DNA of 64,000 bases from Paraspadella gotoi (Eukaryota > Animalia > Chaetognatha): positions 12,451,866-12,515,865 of the forward strand of contig CM119265.1 of assembly GCA_051294375.1 (NCBI GenBank). Reading direction: 5' to 3'. Position 1 is the stretch's first letter. The number at the start of each line of letters is the position of its first letter. The notes under the pieces were generated by a model. That model made no database searches and had not been told where the DNA came from. It worked only from the letters and a program-made list of their open reading frames with translations. Both the position numbers and the translations under genes were made by a program. This document shows, in pieces, positions 12,067 to 25,016 of this stretch.

Positions 12067-12324
12067 TAAGGGAGTGGTCCTTTTCATACAATTGAAACAT
12101 TCTTTGAAACATTTACCACTTCATTGATAGGGAAGCCAGGTACTTTGGGAGTGAATAACGAGACTGTGAGAGAGTCTTAATTGAAAGCTTGCATGGACCT
12201 GCTATGTCATTATCTTGTAAGAGTGATGGAGGCCTTAAACCACCAAAGCATGTCCAAAGTCAGGGCAAGATAGCTTATTTATTAAATGAATGGATCTTTT
12301 TATATTGGTTGTACCAATTCATAA
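12067..12324 (+). repeat. ~260-bp dispersed repeat family
   Basis: Matches 29265-29525 (duplicate block), an independent copy at 49715-49976, and a diverged inverted copy at ~55138-55335. Confidence 0.8.
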
Positions 12325-13172
12325 CTAACTCTTTAAAACCATTTTATATTAGTCGTACTAAATTCTTAATTGTACGTAAGTAAGCTGTACTGTTTTTTAA
12401 ACTTTTCATGTCAAACTAAAAGCTAAATTATTTTATATATATTGATATAGTAATATTATGACATTTTTTGGATCGTCAAACCATCTCACTCTGCATGCAA
12501 TGACGTCTCATGCCTTTATAAAAAAATTTTATCTCCGGATCGTCGATTGTCCAGTCGTCGACACGCGATGTCGCTTTTGCGTCATTGTCTTCGTCAAACG
12601 TGATTCGCCTCCTTATCATTCTACCCATCACTGTTATCGCTCTCTCCCCCAATTCACAGCTGTACCCTTACAAGCTAGCCTTTTACAGATCATCGCTTAA
12701 TCCTCGTATTTCTAAACCCTATCCGAATAAAAGTAATAAATTTAATTTAAACCAAAATCGCACGAGGATCACGACGTGTCGAGTCTTAGCCATGCCCAAT
12801 ACCTTGACCCCTTCTCCCCCTCCATGCTCTCTCTTTTGCCCGGTTATCTGACTTCCTTTGCCCCTTCTCTGAAGAGGGCACGCCGTTCGCATCGACCAAT
12901 CCCACCCTCGACGTTCGCGCGCCCGCCCTTCCTTTTCTATATTGACACGCCCCCCTCGCGTGAGGTCTCCGCGATCAATGGCAAAGAGACGCAGTCCTCT
13001 TTCTTTTTTTATGTCGATTTTCTATTCGGTTTAAAGACGAATGCTAAAAAATATTCACCAATTCAATGCTACATACTGGGATATATAGCATCTAATTTCA
13101 AGCTTAAACGAAACCCTCTATCCGTATTTGTTTCAATAAACCGATGCTGATGAGTGAGTAAATAATTAAATT

Positions 13173-16100
13173 ATGGAGGCGGCACCAACAACAAAATCAA
13201 GAACGACGTAAGTTGAAAAAATTTACGTTCACAATCTTCTACGATCTGAGTTTTGTTGTTTTCTTTTTATAAAATTTTTATTCCGGCTTCGTTTATATAG
13301 CAACGGTGACGGAGAAAGACGCGGTGGCAACCGACGAACGAAGAGGAGAACTGGAGGCGAGTCTTTGACGCGACCTGGACACGCCATCGGCGAGAGCGGC
13401 GCCGCCACCACCGCCGCGTCCGCTGCCTTTTACCGACAAAATGAATCCCATGTCGGCTGCCATGAAGAATTGTCCGGAAAGCATCGGGAAAGTCGCCTTG
13501 CTCAGAGTGAGGCAACGGAGAAAGCGATTTAAATTTGGCAAGATTGTCAAGTTTTTCTGTTCTTCCTTTTTTATTTAGGCGTGTTGGCTGCGGAGGCTCA
13601 GACTTACCCGAATGTTGGTCGACGGCGGTGCCGACGTAAACACTCAGAATCTTGACGGGTAGCAGTCTAGTCGGAGAAAATATCTGACAAATAATGATCA
13701 TGATGAACTGTAATAACATTTTTTTTGACGCAGCTTAACGACGTGAGTTCGCTTGTGCTTGAGCTACAACGAATTGCAGGAGGACCTGCAGACCGCGCCC
13801 ATGGAAGAGATGGTGCCGCCTACCTCATTAAATCCGGGGCTAACGTCAACGCGGTGTCAGTACATTTATTTTACAATAATGAAAGTACAATAATAATGAA
13901 AACAAAACTAATGAACACAGCGACAACAACGGCGAACGGCCTTGATGCTGGCGCTGATGCAGGATTGTCCAGAATGATGTCGTTGAACTTTTGTTGGATA
14001 ACACTGACGATTTCTTGAGAGGAGACGACGACGACAAATCTGCTTTGATAATTCGCGCGGAGAAAGGAAGGGCCAAGGTATGGATAATTTATTTATTCTA
14101 ATGTAAAATAAGATATTCTTTTGAATGAAGTGTTTAAACACAATGTACTTTGACATCAAAATGATATTTGAACGAAAAACTATATGTATTATCAGATCCT
14201 TGAGGCGATGACGGATGCGGCGCGAAAGCAAGGAAAAGAGATCGTCATAGTCGTACTTCGCGACCAAAGACGCCCACCCGGATGTAATTGTCCGACTACG
14301 AGTGAGTTCTTTGGTTTGTTTCTTTTAATTCGTACGTATTTCGAATCATCGTTTCCATTTCATTTTAAATTTGACGAAGCGAGATGTCAGCGGCGGAGAA
14401 TGAGGACAAAAAGGATAGGTGAGACGAATTTTGAGTTTGCTTTGGGTCTATTGTCATTATTATACTTTGATATCTTGTGCTTCTTTCAAAACTTCACTCC
14501 AGAGTTTATCGCCCGCCGCGGACACCCTCTCCGACTCGACAATCTCCGACGAGACGGACGTCACGGTCGAGCAGACGATCGACGGAGAGGTGGAGGAAAT
14601 TCGAGAGAAAAGAGAGGATGAAGAAGTTGTGAGGCGAAGAAGAAGACAAGAAGAGACGAGGAAAGCAAGGAGAAGGCGGGGAAGGAGGCAGGGAGGCGGA
14701 GGAGGAAGAAGGAGAAAGGGGGAAGGAAAAAGGGATTGACGTGAGAGAAATGAACGAAAAGGAAACGAAAGTGAGCGAAAGAGAAAAAAGAAATAATAAC
14801 GAAAAAGGGAAAAACCTACCGAGGAGAGAAACGAAAATTTCGAAGAAGGGAGAAAGAGAGAGATTGAGGAAGAAAGAGGAAAGTCGCCCACGACGACGAG
14901 ACAACGATCTAAGGAAGACGAAGAAAGTTGCGCCAGGTGAAGGACATCCTGGAATCGGCGAAGACGACGACGGCGACCGCTATGACGACAACGGCGCGCT
15001 CCAAGAAGAAATTGGATCTCTTTGAGGCAGAGTTCGTTTCGGGGCGAAAGGGGGCGAGGTTAATAGAGGAACGGTTCAGAGATTGCAGGGAAAGAAAGAA
15101 GAAAGAGCGGTTAGAGAAAACGACGAGGAAGAAAGAGAAAAGGTGGAAAGGAAGGTGATGTTTTTCTGCAGCACGAACGAAGAGTCGAAGAAAAAAGGGG
15201 AGCGGAGTGGGGGAGCGGTAGAGAACGAGACGAGAGCGTTGGAGCCGTAGTCTCCAAAAGAACGAAGCGCCAAGTAAGCAGATGAATCAGGAAAAGAGAG
15301 TCAACCCGATGCTGCCGATCAACGAAGACGAATGCTTCACGATGGCGCAATGTTGCAACGCTGAAGAAGGTGATGAAAAACTGAAGCAAATAGAAAACTC
15401 ACGATAGAACTAAGGATGAGCCTTTCTTTCCTAGAGAAACATCATGGAAACCAAAATGTATTGAGTCTCGACATCAAACGTTTGACGACATGGCGAATCG
15501 TGACTGGAAAGAAACAGTCGTCCTAAACAACTGACAAGTCGACAAAGGCGTCCAGGGCGGCAAAAGCTACGGCAGTGACAATGGAAATAGAAACTACAAA
15601 GGTGTCAAGGAAGAAAAAGGAAGAAAGAACGCCGTCGCCAAGATCCTTGAACGGAAGGGAAAAGTCGTTGCCGGGATCACAGGTGAGGATTTGACGGAAT
15701 TTGGGAATTTATGGTGTTTTGATGACGATACCTTAATATTTCGATTGACAGATCGGCCAGACTCTGCCGGGTCCGGATTTTCTTCCAAAGCGACCACTCT
15801 TTTCGAACGTGCCGCAAAAATCCCGAGGCCTCCATCGAATCTCTCCGAATCGTCAAGCGTTGTTGAGCCCAAAGGTTAAAAAAACAAAAAAAACAGAATC
15901 AATTACTTACTATCTAATAGTAATAGATGATTAGACCTCCCGCTAACATACTTATATGCGCAACCTCAAATTATTTCTCTTATAACCTAAAACATAAGTT
16001 AATTTTAATTGACAGACACAATTATTTCAGGAACCACAATACTTCGGTGTGGTAGAAATTCACAGTCGACGCGGATCTCTGAGGCGATCCGTCATAAAGT

Positions 16101-17307
16101 AGACGTTGGTCGCCCGCCCAGTACGCGGAAGTGAGCTTCCACGCCACCTACGAACCAAGTATACTATTTTTTGATTTCTATTTTCTTTCGTTTGTTCAAA
16201 TTCAAAGAAAAAAATTTTTTTAAAAAACCAGATCGAAAAATAAGTTTCAACGAAAGTGTTTTGGTCCCCCGCCCCTATTTTTTTTAGAAAAACATAATTT
16301 AACTTTCGATTCCTCGACACCATTTTATCCACCGGCGGACCACGTACCTTACATAGCCAAACGGCTCCAGCTCGCGTCATCCCACGATGCGGCACGCCCC
16401 CTCACGGCCGCGATACGCCCAACGGCGGCAGAAGAGGATCTCCATTTCCGGATGTCGGAAATTCTGGTCAAAGGGCGAGCCAATTTAGACTTGCAGAGGG
16501 ATGTCTCCCAGGGCGTGGGCAAGATTGATGGCGAGTGCTCATAGAAATTTATAAAAATGCGATACGTTTCGATCTACGATTATTGAATGAATAAATTATT
16601 TAATTAATCTACAGTTTATCAAAGAATTTGCTTTTCTTAGACAGGAAAGTCGGGACTAATCCGTCTTCTTGCGAACAGTGGGTGCTTCGAAAGAAACGCA
16701 AACATGGTAATCCACTCACGAAGTCATTATAAATATTTCAAGGAGGTTTTGTTTAAATTCCTTATTGCCAACGTAATTCGTCAAAAGCAGTGGGAATGCA
16801 CAAAGGTTTATTGGCGGAAGGGGAAACAAATATCGAAGCGAAATTTTCCCTGCCGTCACAGTTAAGTTGCGCGAGACTATAACATAACGTAAAAACGTAG
16901 TAGAAATTTCTATAAAGCCCTCGTTATCTACTCAGCGAACAATCTTGGATAACGACGCCTATGCAAACTTGCGGTTTCAACCTTCTTCCGAATATTCGAT
17001 CGACAAGCGGAATTCGCGGCGCCGACCCGCTCTCTCGTTTACGCGGCGCTGTCGGAGCGGCGCGTATCACGGCGCCAGGCGCCGCTTGAGGCGCCATCGG
17101 CCCGTATAGTGCGCGGCGGCGACAGCGTGTACGTTTACCGGCGCCGCGGCTCGACAGCTAACCTCTCACCGGTGTTCCGCGCGATTGTCTCAAATAATCT
17201 CCAAACGACATGACCGGCGTTTTTTTGGAAAGGAAGTGGCGCCGTCGGAGATTGTCTGCTCGTCGGAGCGACCATCTCGGTCAAAATCGGAGGCTTCGTT
17301 TAATTGA
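13173..17307 (+). CDS. ANKRD34: ANKRD34-family ankyrin repeat protein, copy A with many apparent frameshifts (likely consensus errors)
   Basis: Same exons as 30377-34511 but with many 1-bp indels. Confidence 0.6.
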
Positions 17308-18655
17308 GCCTTATCTCAAAATGCGAATAATATATTTTCAAAATAAGATTATTAGTTTATTAAGACCAACATCGTCATCTCAAAATTACCGAAATGAGTT
17401 TGCCTTTCCAATCATAAGTTAATTTACTGGAACTTGTGTCTGTCATTTGTAAATTTATCGTACAGATTTTTCACCGCTTTTACTACATATTTACAGGAAT
17501 TTTAAAATTGCCTAAACCTTGCGCTGCACAATTAAATATTAAACAAATATCTACCCCATGATTTTACGATTATTGGGCACAGACAGTTGGTATCAAATTA
17601 TTTGATATGGAGCTATTAAAGTTCAGTGACATTGCGCTTGTTTTAGAAATCGTACTAATGGCTGTAGGAATTAGCTATTCTGAACTTCGAAAACACGTTT
17701 ATTCTTCGTCAAAAAAGGCTTTGCTAGTTCTTTGTTCTTCAATCGATACTCTAGTGCATTTAAAACACCAAACACCAATCCCCTGATCGGCTTTGAAGGC
17801 TGAATCTAAAGGAATGAAGAAATTGAGGCTGGTACCCAAAGCGAAATTCCACGAAATCCCACAGAGGACGGCGACTCTCGATTTGGGCAAGCATCTTTTC
17901 ATTCCCACTGCCGCATCTCTCTCTCTCCCATAGCTATTTCGACTGTTTGACTTTTTCCCAGCGTCGAGCGGAAGATTCTATTGTATTCTCTCTCCGCACG
18001 CTGACTCGGCTCGGGCAGATAAGATGCCGGGATGTCTGCGACGGAGCGTTCGCTTCGGCACCTCCCGCTCGCGTCTCACGTGCCACCTGCTTACAACCAA
18101 CGTGCTTGGCCTTGCTTTTTCCCGTTCCTGCGCAATCTCTTTCTCTCTCTCTCTCTCTCCCTCCCTCATGCCTCACGTCATCTCTTTCGGACCGAACATG
18201 AGCGTTTAAAAGGGACAATGATTCTTCTCTTTTCTGATTTGGTAACCCGAAGGACTAGGCTCCTGCGATTGCGTCGGATTTGCGCCCCTGCCGTCAGCGA
18301 TTGGTCCAAAGTAATTAAGTTTTTCGAATCGCCTGTCGTCGTCGACAACGGACCAATAAAAATAATTCGTGACCAAAGGTGACGTCGAGTTGCAGAACTC
18401 GTCGAATCTCTTTACATTTCCTCAACCGTTGTTTATGTTACGCTGTTGTCGGCTGCGACCAGAGGCGAAAGCCAGGCGCTTCTTTTCTTTTACCCACCCG
18501 AATTTTCACTGTCGACCTCGCGTATTCTTCTGCTCCTTCGAGTCACCACTCACTTGGTAATAAGAAAAAAAAAACAAACAAAAAAAACAATCCATCGAAC
18601 GTGGGAGGATCCGTAACTTCTTTTGACCGGGAAACGAGATCTCGGACGTTTCGTC

Positions 18656-21066
18656 ATGAGATGCCACGGGAGACGGATAGTCCCGGGATTCAAGCTGGGT
18701 TATTAGTGCGATGGCGCAAAGGCCGGGGGCAAGCGTGAGTTCTTGGACGAAATACGTTGAAATTGGACATTTGATTCGTACAGTTATAATTTTTTTAGTC
18801 AGTTTCTACGAGATTTACTTACTTATACGATGAAAGTTAACGTAACCGAAACTTACCATGCATGTTTTGTATATTTTTTAATCTTTAATTTTTTTTTAAT
18901 TAATTTTTTTTTTTTAATGTTTATACTTTTATAAATAAAACAAATAAACAAAATAAAATAAAACCAAAATTAATATAACAAAACAAAATAATTTAAAACA
19001 AAATAAAACTAACAACATAAAACAATTTCATTAAAGGTATTCAGGATTGAGGAGATAATTAGAATGATAAAAGTATAAAAAGTTTAAAGAGAAAAGGTAA
19101 GTAAATAATGAGGATCAAAGGCGGAAAAAAAAAGAAATAAAATGAAGGGAAAAAGATAAAAAAATAAGAGGGATAGAGAGGAGAAAAAAAGGAAAGTCGT
19201 TGTTAATTGTTTATGAAGATATAATTATTATTTTATATTGTTGTAGCATATTTTTATAATAAAAAAATAAATGGTTAAAATATTTTTTATTTTTTTTATT
19301 TAATTCGATTTTCTTTCAGCATGATTTTTATCCAAACTTAAGAATATAGTTCAATTCAACCTGTTTTTTGGCTACGCATAAAATTTTATATCAATGCATC
19401 TATTTTATTCAACGCATAAGATAAGTTAAAATTATAATCGATGTATGGAATAAATAATAAATTAATAAATAAAAGGGAAGGATTTCAATTTTTGGATAAT
19501 TTTTATAATTAAGTATTTGATAAACCAAATAATTTATGGACAGATAAATAGATGTAAAATATTTATAATAGTTAGTTTATTATAAAAAAATTATTTTATA
19601 TATTTGTCCTTATCTTATATTTTGTTCATATCCTAACTTCCAAATAATATGGTTTTGCCATTGATTTATTTTTTAAACCTATTTCAGAGATGACGATTTC
19701 AATCACCGATTTTTTATTTATGGCTGCATACACTACGCCCACGCTAATTTTCCATTGTTGTCTTATACATTTTAGACGAAAATTCACGCTTTGCTCGAGA
19801 ACGGGAACATCTGTTGTCGTGAAACGCACGCTTTCGAGGCCGACTCGAAGATCGACAAGGACGGAAGCGGCGCCAGGATCTTTGCTATTTGCCTTTACGC
19901 GACGTCCAAAAGGGTACGAACCTCGGCGACAATTCGCTACACCGATTCCTTCTCTGGTACGATTGTTTTCCAATGAAAGAATTAGTATTTTTAAAAAGGT
20001 TATGCAGGATTACAAGATTTAAAAAAAAAAAATTTTAGGGGAACGTCATTGCGGAGGCGTGGCCGCCGGGTTTTCGCGTATAAGCCAGTCAACGGCGTAC
20101 ACGCTTGACAACCGAATGCGAGAATCTTTACGTGACGTCTTTTGGAAGAAAGCCGCCGCGAACGCCGGCCTCGTTACGCCAGAACGAGGCTCCATCCAGG
20201 ATCATCATCGTCGCCCGGACACTCCAACCCGCCGCGCCAACCTCACACCGACAATCGTCGACCTTGCAGCGCCCGCCGTAGCTTACTGGTCGCGCCACTC
20301 GCGCCTGGCGGGTCTTCTGTGACCGCGCCTACTTTCCTCGGACTCTTCCAACGACGCCCGCAAGTTTTCGTCGTCGACTTCCGTTTCCCGTTCGCCGAGC
20401 CAAAACGAGTTCGCCGACTCATATCAAACGGGAACAGTCTCTCTACTGGGTGGCCATTCAGCAACTTTCCCCGCGGCATCCTCGTGGACGCGGTAAGAGT
20501 CAATTGGAATTTGCCGTTTGGTTAGAGATTCTCGTCTCCATCACGTTTCGATTGAGATTGGCGGATCTTGCAAATAAAAAAAGATGCTCTCCGATTCAAG
20601 ATTGATCGCGTGTGCGCTAATTACGTAATTTATAATTGGTATATTATTCTTGCGCCTTTGGGTAATTTAATGATCTTTATTTATTTTCTGTTCAGTTCCC
20701 GGAAACTTCAACCCGCTACTTGAACGCCAACGGCGATGTTGTTGAGGATGAGGAGGAGCACGCGCCTTTTTGAATTGGCCGCTATCCTCCCTGCACCACT
20801 TGGAGCAAGAGTGCGCGAAGTTCAGCATCTGTGGCAGATGCCAAAGCGCCAGGTTATATTTGGTTGTTTGAAAGCTTAAAATTTACCAACGTTGCCGACT
20901 AGAATTATAGATTCAAATGGTGCAATTCGGGATACAATCATCTTCAGGTACTGCGGCGCTTTTTCGTTATGTCAACAACGTGATTGGCCGCCGCGCACAA
21001 AACTTTCTTTTTGCCAAGAGAAACGAAACCGCCGTCACCCCAACGAATTCCTCGCCTGAGCGTTGA
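18656..21066 (+). CDS. ZMYND19: ZMYND19, copy A with many apparent frameshifts (likely consensus errors)
   Basis: Same five exons as 35806-38144, with dense indels. Confidence 0.6.
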
Positions 21067-22153
21067 AAAGCCAGCACGCTAATCTCTGTGGCCAGTTCCA
21101 GCGTTTTGATGTGGGACGCGACACCAGTGCAGGAATAGTTCATCGACTCTTTAGAGTCTTAGCAACAAGTTTTTTCTTCTTTAAAAATACTATTTTTATG
21201 TAGTATTTATTTCTTCCTTTTTCTGTTCCCAGTATTTTTTTCGTCTTCTAGCTATTATTCGAACTTCGTTCCATCATGGTTTATTGTCATTCTCTTACAT
21301 ATTGATGAACTACAAATTGAAATGTTCCGAATTTTTTGTAACGTCATTAGTTCGTTTCATTCTTTTAAAATAACCGAAAAAGACGTTATTTCTGAAGGTG
21401 ATATTAAATATTGCGCTGCGTTTTTGTGTTTATGTTTATTTAGAGAATTTTGAATCATAAACCTTATTATTGGTGGTGATATTTAATTCTTTAAATTATT
21501 TCATGAAGTACACTGCATATAATCTCTCTCTTTAGCATGTGGAGAAAAATTTTTTTGATCTTTTTAAAGAGGTTACCTTCTGAAGTAGTGCGTCAATCAA
21601 TACAAAATTTACAAAACTTTCTTATCATGTTCCACTTCATTTATTAATGCTATAATTAATATTATGAATAANNNNNNNNNNNNNNNNNNNNNNNNNGAGG
21701 GAAAGATGAAACTGGAGGTCGACGAAATTCTCAACGAAGACGAGACTTGAGCGCGACTGGGAGTCTCGATCGTCATTTGTTCACTGTTCATTGTCTAGTC
21801 TCTCTTTTTGTGACCCAAAAAAAAAAAGGTTCAATGAGCCCAATAGTCACGTTATTCTTTTGAAACTTTCTTATTCGAACGATTCTATGAGAAATGTCGT
21901 AAGTGCATATAAAAATCATGACCGAAAGGATTATTTTTAATTGGATGACGACGGAAACGCCAGACGAATGTATTAGCGTTAAACAACAAAAATAACACAA
22001 AGTAACCAATGAAATTCACTGAGTAATAAACCGCTCTTTTTTAAACAGAAATACGCGAAGAATGTCTACTAGCAAATAAATAAGTTATAAATAAGTAAAT
22101 TAATAAAATTAGGTCTAATTTAAATATAAGCAACATTAATCATTAAACTTTAA

Positions 22154-22333
22154 AGGTCGGAGCTGGGAGCCGGAGCGGGAGCTGGAGCTGTCCTAAAATT
22201 TTTAGTGGAGCTGGAGCTGGAGTCAAAGCTGGAAAAATTTAGGGATGGAGCCGGAGTTGGAGCTGGAGCTGAAAATTTTTTTGGCCGGAGTCGGAGTTGA
22301 GCTGGAGAAAAAATGGCCAGCTCCACAACCCTG
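22154..22333 (-). mobile_element. Hexamer-array MITE-like element, copy B
   Basis: CAGGGTTGTGGAGCTGG end plus GGAGCT array; duplicate of 6487-6669. Confidence 0.5.
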
Positions 22334-22336
22334 ATG

Positions 22337-24985
22337 TCTAGTTTGTCTACTTCTGGCATCTTCTTGGCGTTCCGGAGATGAGCTTCGTATCTTTCCCAAC
22401 TTAACGTTACCGATCTTCTCCTTTGCGTGAAATCGATTTCAAGCTTCAAGTCTCTCTTAGCCAGCTTGAGGCCTCGAACATTGACCTGTTGTTTTTAAAA
22501 TAGTTTAGTTAAGTTCTATAATACATACCCCCAGGGGCGGCGAGAGGTGGGCCTCAGGGGGCCCCTGTAGGGCCCCTGAGAAGAGAAAAAAAAGAGAAGA
22601 AAAGAAGAAAAAATAAAAAATAAGAAAAAAAAGGGAATTGAGTGATTATGAAAAAAGGTGTGCAGAATAGATTAACTGATCAAATTTAACTTAGATCATG
22701 CTTGGGCCTTTAGACTTTTAGGGTCAGGTTGGGCCCCTATTTAAGTCAAATCAAGGCCCCTTTATTGGTAATGTACCAATTGTCTCAGGGTTTATAGTCC
22801 ATTTCACTTTAATGGGGCCCTGTGGCCCTTTGGCCCCGTCCACCACCCACTAGAATTTTGCAGAGCCAGAAAGTGTCGTAAATCCGAAAAAATAAAAATA
22901 CAAATGAAAGCGGGGGGAGGACCTTAGGGTGTGCCCAAATTTTCTAAGTTGTTAAAATCTCAAAGAAACCTAACACAATTTGTGGAGGCCTAAAAAAATA
23001 GGTTTCCACAATCGCCATTCAAAGTTGCTTCAACACCCTTAGCGCTACCGGCGCTTGAAGGATTTTTGGCACACCTGCACATCATAATTCATTGTGTCTA
23101 ACTATGAGAGATTTTAGCGTCACTCTCATCAACAACTGAAGAAATGTATAGTTTTATTCATGTTAAATTTCAAGTCTCAACTACATCTCTGAGCTTAACA
23201 ACAGCACCAGCAATCTGATGGAGATGGGAGTAGCCATTATGTCAAAGACTATAGCTTCTGACATAGTTGGGAACCACCAAATGTTTTTACAAAAATTTAT
23301 TTGACAATTAGAAGCTCGAAATAAAAAAATTAACTGTTTTCAAAAAATATTGGTGTAGCTACATCCTGGAGGATTTTTTCTGTACAGAATATTTAAACTA
23401 GTAAATATATTCATAATATTATTCATTATATTAATTATAACATTAATAAATGAAGTAGGCATATGATAAGAAATTTGGTAAATTTTATCTTGATTGATGC
23501 ACTACTTCAGAAGGTAGCCTCTTTTGAAAGATCAAAAAAAAATTTTTCACATGCTATTAATGCTGAAAAAACTAAAGTGATTTTTCAAAAATACATTTAT
23601 TAGTTGCCTAACATACTAGTTCAATTTTTTATCAGTACAATTTGAGTAAAGTACTCCACAGACTTTCTGGAGACTTCTTCCATATGTGGAGGATTTGGAC
23701 GAAATGTTGGAGTTAAAAAATCTGCAATAAAAGGCATTTACATTTATTCAGAAAGGCAATTTCGTTTGAAAAGCTAAAGCCCTAAAAGCATTTACATCTT
23801 TGATCAAGGTGCGCTCACATTTTTATCGAATATATTTTGCACAGACTGCTTGAAGGGTGAATAATTTTTATAAAATCTGCGCCTCTACCACTATTTATGT
23901 ACTTTAATTCGATTCAAACAATGCTGCATGATGCACTGATATTTTTGATTAGGGTGCGCTCACATTTTCATGGATTATCTTTGCACAGACTGCTTGTAGG
24001 GTGAATAATATTTATAAAATCTACGCCTCTACCACTATTTATGTACTTTAATCGATTCAAACAATGCTGAATAAGATAAAAATGAATTATTACTAAATAT
24101 ATAATCTTATAAAACAACCGCAACTGAATCCATTACTAAAAACGTGACATCAGTGACAAGCTCCGTATTTAAATCAAAGTAATTTTCTATCTGCCTTCTC
24201 TTTCTCACTTAAACTCAACCTGAGAGTCCACCCCCGGGCCTTGTATCTTTTGTCGGGGATTGATTATTAAAATTCGCCTATATAGTTCCATTCCAGAACT
24301 CTAAATGTAAAATTTCATGAAATTTGATCAGGAACAGATTCTGATCACAAAAAGAGGTACCTCATTTTATAATATGAAGCCTTCTGTTCATTCTTAATTT
24401 TAGTACAAATTGTCAGACAAAGTCCTGTCATCACATTTAAGTAAGTAGACAGGGATTTCCAGGCGAAACCAAAGTGGATTTTATTCTTCATAATAACAGA
24501 CAGAGAAAGATGGTGTCAATTTTCGACAGAGTGAATCACGTTCACCGAAGCGGAGGCACTGGAAAACTTTGCAGATGGATTGAAGCCCATTTGACCTTTG
24601 GCCGTGCCATTGCTGGCTCGACCAATGAAAGAGTTCCATTTAAGCTTCCAATTCCACGTTCATGATTCCTCTGCAATGATGATAGGAAATCATTGATCGG
24701 AAAACGTTTAAAAAATGCTATGAATCAATAAAAATGAAATGAATTGAATTAAATAAATTTGAATGAAATGAATTTAAAAATGATGGCAGATAGGGAAACC
24801 TAACCATCTCCTATCTAAGGATCCGACTATAGCTTAGCGAAAAGATTAGCCAAACGGAAAACTGGCCACAGATAAAATTGGCTAAACTTATTTAACGAGG
24901 TAAAACATCTTAACAGAGAGAGAGAGAAAGAAAGAGAAAAGTCCAGTCGCTGCAGAGCTGAACTCTTTTTTAGACGAATTAGAAA

Positions 24986-25016
<31 letters not shown>

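Larger units (their letters stand above)
6030..21518. repeat. Copy A of ~15.5-17 kb direct duplication (matches 21697-38588); probable assembly false duplication
   Basis: Collinear near-identity from GAGGAAAGATTGAAACTGGAGG to GTACACTGCATATA. Differences are mostly 1-bp indels, and the copies are separated by a 25-N gap at 21672-21696. Confidence 0.9.

Noticed and set aside
13173-21066. Recently pseudogenised paralogs of ANKRD34 and ZMYND19
   Set aside because: Differences are almost all 1-bp indels that increase toward a gap, which fits low-coverage consensus error better than evolution.
21533-21671. Solo fragment of the foldback arm as an independent insertion
   Set aside because: It abuts the N gap, has no termini or TSD, and is absent at the equivalent position in copy B (38588), so it is likely mis-assembled.
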